A DNA stretch of 64,000 nt, from the NCBI GenBank assembly GCA_964641255.1, contig CAZXMM010000001.1, positions 537,984-601,983 on the forward strand, read 5' to 3'. Positions within the stretch are counted from its first letter, which is position 1, and the number at the start of each line of letters is the position of its first letter. Both the position numbers and the translations under genes were made by a program. The notes under the pieces were generated by a model that did no database searches, was not told where the DNA came from, and worked only from the letters and a program-made list of their open reading frames with translations. The DNA is from an uncultured Gammaproteobacteria bacterium. GTDB taxonomy: Bacteria; Patescibacteriota; Microgenomatia; JAMCZE01. Below are positions 25,376-34,644 of the stretch, in pieces.

Positions 25376-28300
25376 ATGAGTAACTACGTCTCACTGCACA
25401 CGCACTCTGAATATTCGCTTCTCGATGGGGCTAGTCGTATTAAGGATCTGATTAAGAAATGCCAGGAATATGACATGCCGGCCATGGCTCTAACGGATCA
25501 CGGGTCCATGTACGGGGCGATCAAATTTTACCTGGCGGCCAAGGAAGCGGGTGTCAACCCAATTATTGGTATGGAAGCCTATCAGGCAGAGAAAGGTCGC
25601 TTGCAAAAAGATGCTGCCGCTGAAAAAGACCGTTTCCATCTAATTCTTCTTGCGACCAATTTTACAGGCTATCAAAATTTGATGCGTCTCAACTCAATTG
25701 GTCATCTTGAAGGCTTTTACTACAAACCCCGAGTTGATTGGGAAGTTTTACAGCAGTATCACGAAGGTTTAATTGCGACCTCGGCCTGTACCAGTGGGCT
25801 GATCGCTACGCGATTAGACCAGGGCGACTGGGCGGGAGCGGTGGAGGCAGCTAGGCGCTACGAGGCAATTTTTGGCAAAGATAACTTTTATCTGGAAATT
25901 CAGCACCATCCGGGTCTGGATAAAATTAACGCCCTTTACGATCAGGTGGTCAAGTTATCTCGTCAGCTGGGCATTCCCCTAGTGGCGACTAATGATTCCC
26001 ACTATACCAACAAAGACGATGCCGAGGCTCAAGAAACTTTACTTTGTATTCAAACCCAAAAGACCTGGAAGGACGAACATCGGCCCCTGACCATGATTGA
26101 TTGCCCCGATTTTTATATCAAATCCCCCAGTGAAATGCAGGCTGCCTTCGCACAGTACCCAGATGCGCTGGAGAATACCTTGAAAATTGCGGCCCGCTGT
26201 CAACTGGAGATCCCTCTAGACAAATACATTTTCCCCAAATTTCCCATTCCCCAGGGAGAAACGTACGATTCATACTTAAGACGCCTGATTGATGAGCGCT
26301 TACCTAGCCGTTACGCGGAGCGCACCGCTGAGATTGACAAGCGAATTAACCACGAGCTGGAAATCATTGAGGCCATGGGCTACGCTTCCTATTTTCTAAT
26401 TGTTGCCGATTTTGCTAACTGGGCGAAAGAACAAAACATTCAAAAAAATGCCCGTGGTTCGGCGGCAGGCTCAATTATCTCTTACATTATGGGGATTTCT
26501 TCCCTGGACCCGCTGGAATATAAACTGCCGTTTGAACGGTTTTTGCACAAAGCTCGTCCCACCCCCCCAGATATTGATATGGATCTAGCTGATGACTCCC
26601 GGGACCGGGTTATTGACTACGTTAAAGAAAAGTACGGGGCTGATAAAGTCGCCCAGATTATTACTTTTGGGACGATGGAATCCCGGGCGGCTGTGCGGGA
26701 CGTTGCCCGGGCCCTAGGTTTTCCTTACGCCGTGGGTGACCGGCTAGCTAAGCTGATTCCACCGGGTAGTCAGGGCTTCCCCATGACGTTTAACCACGCT
26801 TTAGAAATTACTCCCGAGCTAGCTAAAGCTTACAAGGAAGAACCAGAAACCAAAAAAATTATTGATTTGGCTAAAAAATTGGAAGGGGTGGCCAGACACG
26901 CTTCGGTGCACGCTGCCGGAGTAGTGGTCTCGGATGAGCCGCTCACCAGCTACACCCCCCTCCAGCTCGACCCTAAAGGAGGCAAACTGATCACCCAGTA
27001 TGATATGTACGCCCTAGATTTGAATGCGAGTAAACACGCGATTGGCCTGTTAAAAATGGATTTTTTGGGACTGCGCAATTTAACCATTCTTGGACAGGCG
27101 ATAAAGTTTATTGCGGAAAACCAGGGAATAACCATTGATTTGACCAAGCTCCCCCTAGACGACGCTGCAGTTTATAACATGATTGCGAGCGGGGATACGA
27201 CCGGAGTTTTTCAACTGGAGTCGGGAGGAATGCGCAAACTGGCTAAAGAGTTAAAACCGACCGTAATTTACGATTTGGGCGCCATGGTAGCCCTGTATCG
27301 CCCGGGCCCGATGGAAATTATTCCCGAATTTGTGAAGCGTAAGAGAAACCCCGACGTCATTGAATACCTCCACCCCGATCTAGAGCCAATTTTGGGTGAG
27401 ACTTATGGCCTCATTATTTACCAGGAGCAGGTCATGCAGGTGGCTCACGATATGGGCGGTTACACCATGGCCGAAGCCGATGGTTTCAGAAAAGCGATGG
27501 GTAAAAAACTGCCGGAACTCATGAAAAAAGAGGGAGAAAAATTTAAAGCCGGTATGTTAGCTAAGGGCTATACGCAGGATTTGGCAGATAAACTTTTTGC
27601 TTTAATTGAAAAATTTGCTGCCTACGGTTTTAACAAAGCCCATAGCGCCGACTACGGTTTGATTGCTTATCAGACCGCCTATATGAAGTACCACTATCCG
27701 GTCGAGTTTATGACAGCGATGTTAACTGCTGAATCCCGGGGCAATACTGGCGACACCAAAGACGAAAAAATTCAAATGTGTATTGAAGAGTGTAAGCGGA
27801 TGAAAATTGCCGTTTTGCCCCCTGATATTAACCGATCCTTCGTCGAATTTAAAATTGAAGACGGCAAGATCCGTTTTGGTTTATCGGCCATTAAAAATGT
27901 CGGTAGTGCGGCCATCGACTCGATTCTTAAAGCTAGGGAGGGGGGCACTTTTAAATCACTGACCCAGTTCGCAAAGCGGGTGGATCTGCAAAAGGTCAAC
28001 CGCAAGACACTGGAGAGTTTGATTAAGGCGGGGGCCATGGACGCTTTTGGTAAGCGTTCTGCTATGTTAGCTACCCTGGATCAGCTGATTCAAAAGTCAC
28101 ACCGTGAGGCCAAACAGATCAGTAGCGGCCAGACCGGGCTATTTGATTTATCCAGCGAAGACAGTGCTAATGGGGTTGAGGCGGAAGAATTTAGTTTGCC
28201 AATGCTAGCTGAGTTACCCCGGGAACAACTACTGCTCTTTGAACGGGAATTTTTGGGCGTCTACTTGAGTGAGCACCCGGCGCAAAAACAGCTCCTTGAA

Positions 28301-28612
28301 GTGCGGGATATGGTGACTCACGAAATCGCAGATTTGTCTGCCGAGCTACATTTGGGCAAAACCGTCCAGGTGGCGGGCGTAGTGACGACGGTTAAGCGGA
28401 TTTTTACCAAAAAGGCTAACGAAGAAATGGCTTTTTTTACGGTCCAAGGGGTAAGCGGTGCTAAGATTGAGTGTGTGGTCTTTCCCAGAACCTATGCGCT
28501 CCATGCTAGTGAGGGTTTTTGGCAGGAAAATTCTGTCATGCTCATTACGGGTAAACTCGACAACCGGGACGAGCGCCTATCCCTGCTGGTAGAAAGTTGC
28601 CAAAAAGTTTGA
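25376..28612 (+). CDS. dnaE: DNA polymerase III alpha subunit
   Basis: The PHP domain starts YVSLHTHSEYSLLDGA. Full-length PolIIIA architecture of about 1080 aa. Confidence 0.9.
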   Translation: MSNYVSLHTHSEYSLLDGASRIKDLIKKCQEYDMPAMALTDHGSMYGAIKFYLAAKEAGVNPIIGMEAYQAEKGRLQKDAAAEKDRFHLILLATNFTGYQNLMRLNSIGHLEGFYYKPRVDWEVLQQYHEGLIATSACTSGLIATRLDQGDWAGAVEAARRYEAIFGKDNFYLEIQHHPGLDKINALYDQVVKLSRQLGIPLVATNDSHYTNKDDAEAQETLLCIQTQKTWKDEHRPLTMIDCPDFYIKSPSEMQAAFAQYPDALENTLKIAARCQLEIPLDKYIFPKFPIPQGETYDSYLRRLIDERLPSRYAERTAEIDKRINHELEIIEAMGYASYFLIVADFANWAKEQNIQKNARGSAAGSIISYIMGISSLDPLEYKLPFERFLHKARPTPPDIDMDLADDSRDRVIDYVKEKYGADKVAQIITFGTMESRAAVRDVARALGFPYAVGDRLAKLIPPGSQGFPMTFNHALEITPELAKAYKEEPETKKIIDLAKKLEGVARHASVHAAGVVVSDEPLTSYTPLQLDPKGGKLITQYDMYALDLNASKHAIGLLKMDFLGLRNLTILGQAIKFIAENQGITIDLTKLPLDDAAVYNMIASGDTTGVFQLESGGMRKLAKELKPTVIYDLGAMVALYRPGPMEIIPEFVKRKRNPDVIEYLHPDLEPILGETYGLIIYQEQVMQVAHDMGGYTMAEADGFRKAMGKKLPELMKKEGEKFKAGMLAKGYTQDLADKLFALIEKFAAYGFNKAHSADYGLIAYQTAYMKYHYPVEFMTAMLTAESRGNTGDTKDEKIQMCIEECKRMKIAVLPPDINRSFVEFKIEDGKIRFGLSAIKNVGSAAIDSILKAREGGTFKSLTQFAKRVDLQKVNRKTLESLIKAGAMDAFGKRSAMLATLDQLIQKSHREAKQISSGQTGLFDLSSEDSANGVEAEEFSLPMLAELPREQLLLFEREFLGVYLSEHPAQKQLLEVRDMVTHEIADLSAELHLGKTVQVAGVVTTVKRIFTKKANEEMAFFTVQGVSGAKIECVVFPRTYALHASEGFWQENSVMLITGKLDNRDERLSLLVESCQKV

Positions 28613-28625
28613 TATCATCCTCCCT

Positions 28626-28919
28626 ATGACCCTAGACTTTCGCGTTGGCGATACTATCCGAGTCCACCAAAAGATTCAGGAGGGGGAAAAAACTCGCGCC
28701 CAAATCTTTGAGGGTATTGTTCTTAAAATTGACAATAATGCCCAGACTTTTACGGTGCGCAAAGTGACTGAAGGAATTGGAGTGGAGCGGATCTGGCCTT
28801 TTGTCACGCCTTGGGTAGAAAAAATTGAGGTCAAAAAAAGGGCCAAAAAAGTCATTCGGGCTAAACTCTACCATTTGCGCAATTTAACTGTTAAAGAGAC
28901 CGCTAGGGTAGTGGCCTAA
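28626..28919 (+). CDS. rplS: 50S ribosomal protein L19
   Basis: VGDTIRVHQKIQEGEKTRAQIFEGIVLKI...FTVRKVTEGIGVERIWPF...RAKLYHLRNL. Confidence 0.8.
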   Translation: MTLDFRVGDTIRVHQKIQEGEKTRAQIFEGIVLKIDNNAQTFTVRKVTEGIGVERIWPFVTPWVEKIEVKKRAKKVIRAKLYHLRNLTVKETARVVA

Positions 28920-28936
28920 GTGTTACAATCTAGGGG

Positions 28937-29449
28937 ATGGGAATACTACTTCTTGATGACCGCCAGTCGGACCTTAAAGTTAGTCCCCTAACCCTTATCT
29001 TTCTTCGGGACGGTGATAAAGTTCTAGCGCTTAAACGCAGCTTTCAAAAAAAGATTCACCCCAATAAATGGTCTGGGTTTGGAGGCAAGGTGGAGCCGGG
29101 TGAGGAACTTTTTGCCTCAGCTAGACGCGAACTCCTCGAGGAAACAGGCCTGACTGTGGATACTCTTACCCTCAAAGGTACTTTTATCCGTTTGATTTAC
29201 GGTTACGTAAATTTTATCTATCTGTTGGTGGCGACTGGTCATCATGGCCAGCTTAGGAAAACAGATGAAGGCGAAATAGCCTGGCGTCAAATTCCCGACC
29301 TACTGGCCGATCCGAACTTAGTGGACCATTTAAAGCTCTATCTGTCTCAGATTTTAGAGCCGAATTCGGATTTCTTTTCTGCGATAGCTAACGAGGACCT
29401 TTCGTTTTATGTCACTAATCACTCGCATTTTGCAGAGAGAGGGAAATAG
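28937..29449 (+). CDS. NUDIX hydrolase
   Basis: Nudix box GFGGKVEPGEELFASARRELLEETGL. Confidence 0.8.
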   Translation: MGILLLDDRQSDLKVSPLTLIFLRDGDKVLALKRSFQKKIHPNKWSGFGGKVEPGEELFASARRELLEETGLTVDTLTLKGTFIRLIYGYVNFIYLLVATGHHGQLRKTDEGEIAWRQIPDLLADPNLVDHLKLYLSQILEPNSDFFSAIANEDLSFYVTNHSHFAERGK

Positions 29450-29494
29450 CAACGAGTTGTGACCACCCAATTTAACATAGTATAATCACCCAGC

Positions 29495-29569
29495 GGGGTG
29501 ATAGCTCAGTGGTAGAGCAGGAGCCTTTTAAGCTCTTGGTCCAGGGTTCGAATCCCTGTCACCCCACCA
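29495..29569 (+). tRNA. tRNA-Lys (anticodon TTT), CCA encoded
   Basis: GGGGTGA-TA-GCTC-AGTGGTA-GAGC-A-GGAGC-CTTTTAA-GCTCT-TGGTC-CAGGG-TTCGAAT-CCCTG-TCACCCC-A-CCA. Confidence 0.85.
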
Positions 29570-29591
29570 TAAAGTAAGACATCGATTTTGC

Positions 29592-29663
29592 GGCGCGTTC
29601 ATCTAACGGTTAGGATAGCAGATTTTCACTCTGCTCACAGGGGTCCGACTCCCCTACGCGCTA
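29592..29663 (+). tRNA. tRNA-Glu (anticodon TTC), with atypical features
   Basis: GGCGCGT-TC-ATCT-AACGGTTA-GGAT-A-GCAGA-TTTTCAC-TCTGC-TCAC-AGGGG-TCCGACT-CCCCT-ACGCGCT-A. It has G1·U72, C at position 55 in place of the conserved U55, an A73 discriminator, and no encoded CCA. Confidence 0.6.
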
Positions 29664-29680
29664 CTGGGATTTTGTAGGGC

Positions 29681-30241
29681 ATGTCAAAGAATTTCACCGC
29701 TCTCAAATCGACACTTCTGACTCTTTTATCTCAAGCTGAGTTTGAACTGAAGTGCGAACACGCCCTAGATACTCTGAAATGGGTAAAAAGAATGGCTAGT
29801 CAAGCCGATGAGGCTCTTCAAATTGCCGCTTTAGCTCACGATCTTGAACGAGCTGTTCCTCCAATGATCAGGAGGCGAGTCAACGAAGCTCATAAAGACT
29901 ACAAAAAGAGACATGCCAAGCGCAGCGCCTTATTAATTATGGACCTAATGCGTAAACAGGGCTATTCCCAGCCGCTTTGGGAAAAGACGGGGTTGTTGGT
30001 GGAAAATCATGAAATTGGGGGAGATTTGGAGACAGATATCTTAAGAGATGCCGATAGTATTTCCTTTTTTTCCTGTAACATTGATTGGTATTTTCACTAT
30101 AAGCAGGGTGATTTAGAGCTGCTGAAAAAACAAATAGCCTACAAGTATGATCGGGCCAGCCCTAGAGCAAGGAGTCTAATTAAGCTGATTAAAATCAAAA
30201 ATCCAGTGCTAAGTGAGGCTTGTCGAAATATTTTTACCTAG
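29681..30241 (+). CDS. HD-domain protein
   Basis: H...LAHDLER...HE...D pattern. Confidence 0.5.
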   Translation: MSKNFTALKSTLLTLLSQAEFELKCEHALDTLKWVKRMASQADEALQIAALAHDLERAVPPMIRRRVNEAHKDYKKRHAKRSALLIMDLMRKQGYSQPLWEKTGLLVENHEIGGDLETDILRDADSISFFSCNIDWYFHYKQGDLELLKKQIAYKYDRASPRARSLIKLIKIKNPVLSEACRNIFT

Positions 30242-30354
30242 GAAATTACGACTAACTTTGTTACTTCGTTATTATTTCAGGCGTGGTAATTGCATCTGGT
30301 TGATTGTCCGCTATACTACTATGGGGTATAATACGGTTAAGGGAGTAGCTTAAC

Positions 30355-30888
30355 ATGCCGAGAGAAACTGGAAATAGAAGCTTAGATAGCTTTATAGCTC
30401 AATTACCAGAACACGGTGCAAGTTATCGTGCTAAGTTGCGCGCTTGCGGTCCACTTCTTCTTGGCTCATTACCGCTGCAAGAAATTAACGAACATCGTTT
30501 AGTATGTGAAGCTCCCGTGTGCCGAGCTTGGCATCAAATTCCCAATCTGCCAACCGGACTTAGAATTGTGCAAGGCCTCCTGGCTGTAAATGACCAACGG
30601 CTTTCGTTTGGGGACTCAAGACAGCGTAATCATACTTATGCGGTTGTAGAACATACTGGACAGACTCGTGTAATTGACTTTTGCCCAGCCCAGGTAGTTA
30701 GGCCCGGAGACAAACTTGAACCGGGCGAGCGAATTGCTGTTTTAGAACTCATGGCGCCAGAATTATTTTTAAAGTTTGATGCTGAGCGAGTACTTTTTGC
30801 TAGTCCGGAAGCGATAAGTGCGCAGCTTGGTCTAATCTACGGTGGGTCTCCGCCAGTTACTCAAAGAGCTCGTAATAAAAGGAAATGA
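30355..30888 (+). CDS. Hypothetical protein, no recognisable domain. Contains a CxxxxC pair.
   Basis: Preceded by a TTG..(17)..TATAAT-like promoter and an RBS, ggtataatacggttaagggagtagcttaacATG. Contains CEAPVC. Confidence 0.3.
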   Translation: MPRETGNRSLDSFIAQLPEHGASYRAKLRACGPLLLGSLPLQEINEHRLVCEAPVCRAWHQIPNLPTGLRIVQGLLAVNDQRLSFGDSRQRNHTYAVVEHTGQTRVIDFCPAQVVRPGDKLEPGERIAVLELMAPELFLKFDAERVLFASPEAISAQLGLIYGGSPPVTQRARNKRK

Positions 30889-30907
30889 GCTTACCCTTTA
30901 TTCACTT

Positions 30908-31357
30908 ATGATAACCGAGAGCAAAGAAAATATTGTTGTTGTTAAATTTTCACCCGATGTGGTAGTGCCCAAGACCGCTTGGACTCTTGATAATGCCCAA
31001 AGGGATAAGTTTGCTTATCCAGGCAGCAAAAACGTTAGTGTCAATGTAATTACTCCACTTAGTCTGGATAAGCCGTGTACGGTGAGCTTTAAGCCCAATG
31101 GTTATTCAGCTCAGCGATTAGAACTGAATGGCTCAAAAGTTACTATCGCTGAAGTATTTGCTAACGGTAAACCGCAGGTCAAGCGCGTTTTAGGTACAGA
31201 AGCCTGGGAGTTTCGTCCCAACATTCCCCCAGCTGGGCCCTTTGCCGCAATCGCCCTGCTATTGCCGGCCTTTTACACCGAGAAACAGCTTTTAGCCTAC
31301 ATGGAAAGTTTTGACGTTCTTTACAGCACGGTTTTTATTAAAGGTATCACCCGTTAA
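30908..31357 (+). CDS. Hypothetical protein, no recognisable domain
   Basis: The ORF is listed from 30842. The internal ATG at 30908 (MITESKENIVVVKF) avoids overlap with the upstream gene. Confidence 0.3.
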   Translation: MITESKENIVVVKFSPDVVVPKTAWTLDNAQRDKFAYPGSKNVSVNVITPLSLDKPCTVSFKPNGYSAQRLELNGSKVTIAEVFANGKPQVKRVLGTEAWEFRPNIPPAGPFAAIALLLPAFYTEKQLLAYMESFDVLYSTVFIKGITR

Positions 31358-32162
31358 ATTGCCGATTCTTTAAATCAATAATGGCTTGGGGGACGGTAGC
31401 AATTGATTTGGCTAACACTAGTTTGCCCTGGGCGATGAACGGCTCAACCTCGTCTGTTGAGGGGGAACTACGCAGCCCGGGCACTAAGATTGCTCGGCCC
31501 CCGAGCATAAGGACTGGCCTAGCTCCGGCCTTCCAATTATCCTCAACAATCAGAAAGCGGGCGGGGTCGATATCTCTTGCTGTCAAAGCTTCCGCTATTT
31601 GCTCCGCCTTGGGTCTATAAACGTGGAAGTCTACGATTTGTTCTTCGGAAAAAAACTGAGTCCAATTGTTGGCTTCCAGTTTCAGCTTAGTCCACAGCCC
31701 CGTGGCGTGGCTCATCAGTAGTAGCTTTACGTTACAACGCGCCAATAGTTCTAGTGTCTCAGTAGCTCCAGCCAGGGCCCTAGGAGTGAGTTCTGGGGTA
31801 TAAATGGCTCGCATACAAGCTTGGGCCCGCTCGATTGCTGATAAATCCGCAATTCCCATAGATTCTGCGGTCGCCTGAACGGCGGCTTCAACGATTGGAG
31901 GTGCCACATTAAAAGTGGGCGCTAGTGCTCCAGTGGCCTGAGATAGGTTTTGCTTTACTTCGGCAAAGGTGATACTAGTACCTCTAACGGCCGCATACAG
32001 GGCTTGGGCCGCCTGGTGATAGGCTAGAATAAACACCGTCTCGGTGTTAACTAGGGTCTGGTCCATATCGAGCCCAATATGGCTAGGATCTAAAACCCTA
32101 ACCGCTTCCTGAAGTGCTAAGAGCTCGGTTTCTTGCTGGAAAGCTTCTACTGCCTGCTTCAT
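31347..32162 (-). CDS. HAD-superfamily hydrolase
   Basis: GLDMDQTLVNTE is HAD motif I (DxDxT). The track ORF extends to 32258, overlapping the typA start, so the start at 32162 (MKQAVEAF) is preferred. Confidence 0.6.
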   Translation of the reverse strand: MKQAVEAFQQETELLALQEAVRVLDPSHIGLDMDQTLVNTETVFILAYHQAAQALYAAVRGTSITFAEVKQNLSQATGALAPTFNVAPPIVEAAVQATAESMGIADLSAIERAQACMRAIYTPELTPRALAGATETLELLARCNVKLLLMSHATGLWTKLKLEANNWTQFFSEEQIVDFHVYRPKAEQIAEALTARDIDPARFLIVEDNWKAGARPVLMLGGRAILVPGLRSSPSTDEVEPFIAQGKLVLAKSIATVPQAIIDLKNRQFNG

Positions 32163-32232
32163 TCGTGCTATAATACTTTCGCTACCGGAAATTGCAACCC
32201 CGATGCCTACCAAGCGGGGTTTTTTACTGACT

Positions 32233-34053
32233 ATGAACAATATAAGAAATGTTGCCATTATCGCTCACGTGGACCACGGTAAAACTACTCTGGTGGATGC
32301 TCTGTTGCGCCAGTCCAAGACCCATATGACTAAGGATCAGGCGGCCCTGGGCGAGCTCATCATGGATAGTAATGATTTGGAGCGGGAGCGGGGTATTACC
32401 ATTTTTTCCAAGAATGCGGCGGTTAATTGGCGGGGAGTAAAAATTAACATCATTGATACCCCCGGCCACGCAGATTTTGGCGGCGAAGTAGAGCGAGTAC
32501 TTAAGATGGCTGACGGGGCACTTCTCCTTATTGACGCCAAAGAGGGGCCAATGCCCCAGACTCGCTTTGTTCTTAAAAAAGCCTTAGAGCTGGGGCTTAA
32601 AATCATCGTGGTGGTCAACAAAATCGACAAACCAGACGCCCGGCCGGAGTGGGCTTTGGGAAAGACTTTTGATTTGTTTGTCGAGCTGGGGGCGGATGAT
32701 AATGCGGCCTTTTTCCCTATTCTCTACGCTGTCGGGCGCGATGGTAAAGCCGGCCCCACCGCCAATATCTCGGAAATGACTGATATTGCTCCAGTCTTTG
32801 AAATGATCATCAAAGAGATTCCCGCTCCCAACGGCGATTCCTTGGCCCCACTCCAAATGCTGGTCACCACCATTAAGGGCAATGAGCATAAAGGCAGGAT
32901 CGCAACCTGCCGGATTTATAACGGGACAGTCAAAAACAAGCAGGAAGTGGCCCATATCAACCGGGACGGGGTGATCAAGAAAGTGCGTCTGACCTCCCTT
33001 ATCAGTTTTGAGGGACTCGATCAGGTAGAAATCGAGGAGGCCCAGGCTGGAGATATTGTGGCTGTGGCTGGAATCAGCGATGTCAATATTGGTGAAACTA
33101 TCGCCGACCCAGTTACACCAGTAGCTCTGCCGCTACTAAATATTGAACAGCCCACCGTCAAAATGACTTTTTCCATTAATAATTCCCCTTTTGCCGGCAG
33201 GGAGGGCAAATTTACTACCTCACGTCAGATCCGTGAGCGGCTGATGAAAGAATTAGAGACAGATATGGCTCTGAGGGTTGAGGATACCAGCAGCGCCGGA
33301 GAGTGGGTGGTGTCCGGCCGGGGCGAGCTGCATCTTGCCATTCTCATTGAGCGTTTGCGGCGGGAAAATTATGAACTGCAGGTCAGTAAGCCCCAGGTTA
33401 TTGAGCAGGTAGTTGGTGGCCAGAAACTTGTTCCTTATGAACAGCTGTTGATTGAGGTGCCGGAGCAATTTAGTGGCATCATCATGCAAAAGATGGGGAG
33501 CCGCCACGGAGAGCTTAAGGACATGCGCACAGAAGCCAACGGTGTTACAACTTTTGAATTTCTTATCCCCACTCGCGGGCTTCTTGGTTACCGGGGAGAA
33601 TTTTTGACTGACACTAAGGGGCTCGGCATTATGAATTCTTCACTGGCTGATTATGCCCCCGATGTGCCGGTTTGGGCGGAAAAGGACCACGGCTCTATTG
33701 TGGCCTTTGAAACGGGAGTCACGACCTATTACGGACTATTAGCAGCCCAGGATCGGGGCCTCCTTTTTATTCAATCCGGTATGCCAGTCTATAAAGGCCA
33801 AGTGGTCGGAGAAAGCTCCCGAGCGGAGAACATTGTGGTCAATGTGTGTAAAGAGAAGCACCTTACTAACAATCGTTCCAAAGGCGAGGGCGTTGGTGAA
33901 CATTTTAACTCGGCCAAAGAGATGACTCTGGATGATGCTCTAGAATATATTGGGGATGATGAGCTGGTGGAAGTCACTCCCAAGAGTATTCGCTTGCGAA
34001 AGAAAATCCTAGATGAACAAGAAGCCAAAAGAGCAGCACGGGGTTTACTCTAA
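32233..34053 (+). CDS. typA: Translational GTPase TypA/BipA
   Basis: NIRNVAIIAHVDHGKTTLVDALL...DTPGHADFGGEVER...NKIDK. It is about 600 aa with an EF-G-like architecture. Confidence 0.9.
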   Translation: MNNIRNVAIIAHVDHGKTTLVDALLRQSKTHMTKDQAALGELIMDSNDLERERGITIFSKNAAVNWRGVKINIIDTPGHADFGGEVERVLKMADGALLLIDAKEGPMPQTRFVLKKALELGLKIIVVVNKIDKPDARPEWALGKTFDLFVELGADDNAAFFPILYAVGRDGKAGPTANISEMTDIAPVFEMIIKEIPAPNGDSLAPLQMLVTTIKGNEHKGRIATCRIYNGTVKNKQEVAHINRDGVIKKVRLTSLISFEGLDQVEIEEAQAGDIVAVAGISDVNIGETIADPVTPVALPLLNIEQPTVKMTFSINNSPFAGREGKFTTSRQIRERLMKELETDMALRVEDTSSAGEWVVSGRGELHLAILIERLRRENYELQVSKPQVIEQVVGGQKLVPYEQLLIEVPEQFSGIIMQKMGSRHGELKDMRTEANGVTTFEFLIPTRGLLGYRGEFLTDTKGLGIMNSSLADYAPDVPVWAEKDHGSIVAFETGVTTYYGLLAAQDRGLLFIQSGMPVYKGQVVGESSRAENIVVNVCKEKHLTNNRSKGEGVGEHFNSAKEMTLDDALEYIGDDELVEVTPKSIRLRKKILDEQEAKRAARGLL

Positions 34054-34076
34054 TTTTTGGGTGCTATACTTACGAA

Positions 34077-34607
34077 GTGAAGAAAAAACACTTTCTAATC
34101 CCCCAAACAGTGCCTACAACCTTTGCCTTCATCGATAGTCAAAACCTAAATTTAGGAGTTAAAAGCCAAGGCTGGCAACTAGACTTTAGTCGGTTTTACA
34201 TTCTTCTTAAGGAGAAATACCATGTCAGCAAGGTCTTTCTTTTTATTGGCTTTGTCAAAGAAAATCAGCTTCTTTACACCTATTTACAAAAGGCTAATTA
34301 CATTTGTGTATTTAAGCCAACCCTCGAACACTCGGAAAAAGGAAAGTTAGTTATAAAAGGCAATGTTGACGCTGAACTTGTTCTTCACACTATGATTGAG
34401 TATCCAAATTATGATAAGGCAATCATCGTCTCCGGTGATGGTGATTTTCGGTGCCTAATTGAGCATCTCGATCATAAGCATAAGCTAGCAAAAATAATTG
34501 TCCCCAGTCGGAAGTATTCCTCACTACTTAGAGCATTTAGTCAATATATTGTTAGTGTGGAGCTTTTCAGGGATAAGGTGAAGAAACAAAAGAGAGGCAT
34601 TCCCTAG
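34077..34607 (+). CDS. NYN-domain (LabA-like PIN) ribonuclease
   Basis: FAFIDSQNL...VDAELVLHTM...IVSGDGDF is the NYN/LabA catalytic Asp pattern. Confidence 0.7.
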   Translation: MKKKHFLIPQTVPTTFAFIDSQNLNLGVKSQGWQLDFSRFYILLKEKYHVSKVFLFIGFVKENQLLYTYLQKANYICVFKPTLEHSEKGKLVIKGNVDAELVLHTMIEYPNYDKAIIVSGDGDFRCLIEHLDHKHKLAKIIVPSRKYSSLLRAFSQYIVSVELFRDKVKKQKRGIP

Positions 34608-34644
34608 GGACAAAACCCTTTGGTAGTCCTCTCATCGTGATCAG

